Source of the DNA: Octopus sinensis
Lineage: Eukaryota
Assembly: GCF_006345805.1 (NCBI RefSeq)
Contig: NC_043019.1
Location: forward strand, 11,841,360 to 11,905,359
Length of the DNA: 64,000 nt
Direction: 5' to 3'
Every line of letters starts with the position of its first letter. Position 1 is the first letter of the stretch. Made by a program: the position numbers and the translations under genes. Shown piece by piece: positions 61,741 to 64,000 of the stretch. The notes under the pieces are model-generated. The model did no database searches. It was not told the DNA's origin and was given only the letters and a program-made list of their open reading frames with translations.

Positions 61741-61969
61741 CTGAGAACCCCACCCCCTCTACTACCACCACCACCACTGACCCATGAGGCCCCTGGACAA
61801 CTGCCTTGCGTGCCAATGCCTTTATATGGCACTGGCTCAGGCCAATACATGTAAACTTACAAATGTACTAAAATTCGTTAAATGTACTAAACCTTCGTTA
61901 AATGGCACTCTGCCATTTCTGACATTCCATCATAGTTTGAAAACAAAACATGGTTTATAAAATGCTAAA

Positions 61970-61985
61970 ACAATATATGTGTATT

Positions 61986-62016
<31 letters not shown>

Positions 62017-62317
62017 TGACATATATATATATATATGTATATATGTATATACCTATCTATTTATCTGTCTATATTTTTTATCTTTCTGTATATCTCATTC
62101 TCTCCACACACACACACACACATGCACACACACATGCACACACACACATACACACATCTATATATGTAACAATACACTTGCTCACAAAAACCATACATAT
62201 GAATATGTGTATATATGTGTGTCTGTGTGTGTGTGTATATATATGTGTGTGTGTATGTGTGTGTGTGTATGTATATATGTATGAGCATGTGTGCATGTGT
62301 ATATATATATGTATGTT

Positions 62318-62351
<34 letters not shown>

Positions 62352-62390
62352 CATACATACACACACCTGTATATACCTATACCTGTATAT
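61970..62390. repeat. Compound TG/TA/CA microsatellite
   Basis: Direct reading. Confidence 0.9.
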
Positions 62391-62685
62391 TTAACATTAC
62401 ACTTGTTCACTCCATTGTTGAAAAGTGTCTGTGACATGGCTGGAATGTTTTGAGTAATCAAATCAAAAACACAGAAGAATCATTGACAATAATTCTGAAC
62501 TGATTGCAATGTTGCATGTCAGAGTTGAAGGTTAGTGCTTGGTTTGTTTCCCCTTAAGCTGGTTGTTTAAATTGAAATATTTGGGGAACCCAGTTCATTA
62601 TTGTTAACAATTGTTAAGAAACTAGTACAAGCTTTGTTGTTGATACTGCTGCTGCTGCTGATGATGATATTGATGTTGATGTTGA

Positions 62686-63038
62686 GCGAAGCGGTCTTCT
62701 GTAGTGAGAGAAGTCCGAAACGTGGTCCTTTGCTATTCGTAAGACCCGCAGAAGAGAAAGCAGGTCAACCCCTGACACCGAGAGCATCGACGGATGGATG
62801 AATGCGCATCCAGGCTCAGCGGTTGCGTAGAATGTCGGGGACAAGAAACAGGAAGAAAGAGTGAGAGAAAGTTGGTGCAAAAGAGTACAACAGGGGTCGC
62901 CACAATCCCCTGCCGGAGCCTCGTGGAGCTGTAGGTGTTTTCGCTCAATAAACACACACAAGGACCAGTCTGGGAATCAAAACCATGATCCTCCGACCGT
63001 GAGACTGCTGCCCTAACCACTGGGCCATTGTGCCTCCA
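62686..63038 (-). mobile_element. SINE family C (3' module Z)
   Basis: Same head (GGAGGCACAATGGCCCAGTGGTTAGGGCAGC) and body as 3734, with an unrelated 3' ~150 bp. Confidence 0.8.
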
Positions 63039-63294
63039 CTGTTGTTGATGTTGCTGCTGCTGTTGTTGTTGTTGTTAAGCAACAAGATGGGTAAGGGTGA
63101 TTAGGTGATGGTCTAGGGCTTAGGGGCGGGAGACCCCAGACCTTGGGAAAAATCCCCCCAAACTTTGGTCATCTTGTTGTAGCCGAGGGCTCTTCATTGA
63201 CGCCCGACACCACTGGGAGGTGGCCCTCGAAGTTGCTGGAAATGGAGATCTCCAGGTCCAAATTCTTGAACGACTGCTGCTGCTGTTGTTGTTG

Positions 63295-63460
63295 TTGTTG
63301 TCTCTGTAACCTAGCAATTCGGCAAAAGAGACTGAGAGAATAAGTACCAGGCTTAAAAAAAAAAATACTGGGGTTGATTTGTTAAACTGAAAACAGCAAA
63401 AGGCAGTGAGTGCTCCATGGTTGCATTCCAATCACTGGAACAAGTAAAAGATAAAAGAAT
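63295..63460 (+). mobile_element. SINE family A, degenerate 3' fragment
   Basis: CGGCAAAAGAGACTGAGAGAATAAGTACC...CAAGTAAAAGATAAAAGAAT. Confidence 0.6.
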
Positions 63461-63528
63461 GTGTGTGTGTGTGTCCGTGTCCTTGTGTGAGCGTGCAAAT
63501 AAGTACTAGGGTTGACTTATTCAATTAA

Positions 63529-63965
63529 CCCTTTTGTTACTGTACTTATTTTGAGTTGCTCTGTTTTCTTTCAATTTCTTTAAATACAACAAAAAATTTG
63601 GTAAAATAATTTAGTTACCATTCATCTAGTGTTAGGAACATTTTTAATTCAAAACTTATGAAAACAAGACATTTGTACTCAGAGCCAGAGCTGGTTTCAG
63701 CCAGTTTGGTATTGAAAGGGTTAAAAATATCATGGTGACTTTAACCCTTTTGTTACCTTATTTCTATTGAGATACTCTGTGTTTCTTTCAATTAATTTTA
63801 AATATAACAAAGAGTTTAGTAAAATAACTTAGTTATCATTCAGCTAGTGTTAGGAATATAAATTGTGACTAAGGTTTGGTGGAAGATTTTAATTCAAAAC
63901 TTATGAAAACAAGACATTTGTACTCAGAACCATATCTGGTTTCAGCCGGGTTGGTAACAAAAGGG
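63529..63965. mobile_element. Two adjacent piggyBac-like MITE family 1 copies (63529-63720, 63745-63965)
   Basis: Each is bounded by TTAA-CCCTTTTG...AAAGGG-TTAA and is homologous to 34007-34450. Confidence 0.88.
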
Positions 63966-64000
63966 TTAAACCAGTGTTTCTCAACTATTTTTACCTATAG

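Noticed and set aside
63968-64000. CAGTGTTTCTCAAC, resembling a hAT terminus
   Set aside because: It is truncated by the window edge, so the second end cannot be seen.

Overview
This is AT-rich, repeat-saturated animal DNA, most likely from a coleoid cephalopod (Octopus-like). The species call is inference from the SINE families, the (TA)/(TACA) microsatellite load and the LINE types. I cannot support any host protein-coding gene, rRNA, true tRNA or CRISPR array, so the window looks intronic or intergenic. Most long ORFs in the track are microsatellite artefacts. The window contains four abundant SINE or SINE-like families (labelled A-D here) and one near-intact CR1-group LINE (45.87-49.13 kb, endonuclease plus RT, one single-base frameshift). 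It also contains several CR1 and RTE 3' fragments, two mariner remnants, non-autonomous Helitrons, piggyBac/MULE/Tc1/hAT-type MITEs and a Penelope-like (GIY-YIG) remnant. The most notable signal is about ten type-I hammerhead-ribozyme-like motifs in several unrelated short repeat families, mostly in or beside (TA)n tracts and often in tandem or fold-back arrangements. They include canonical cores (54183-54233, 52991-53049, 12023-12066) and variant cores: a G3-C8 swap on both arms of a 127-bp palindrome, and U4C in two families. Second, the CR1 LINE has an HIV-type T TTT TTA heptamer exactly where a -1 shift would join its short upstream ORF to the EN-RT frame, which has no ATG before the endonuclease domain. 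All motifs were found and folded by eye. Coordinates are accurate to a few bp unless stated, and no activity has been demonstrated.
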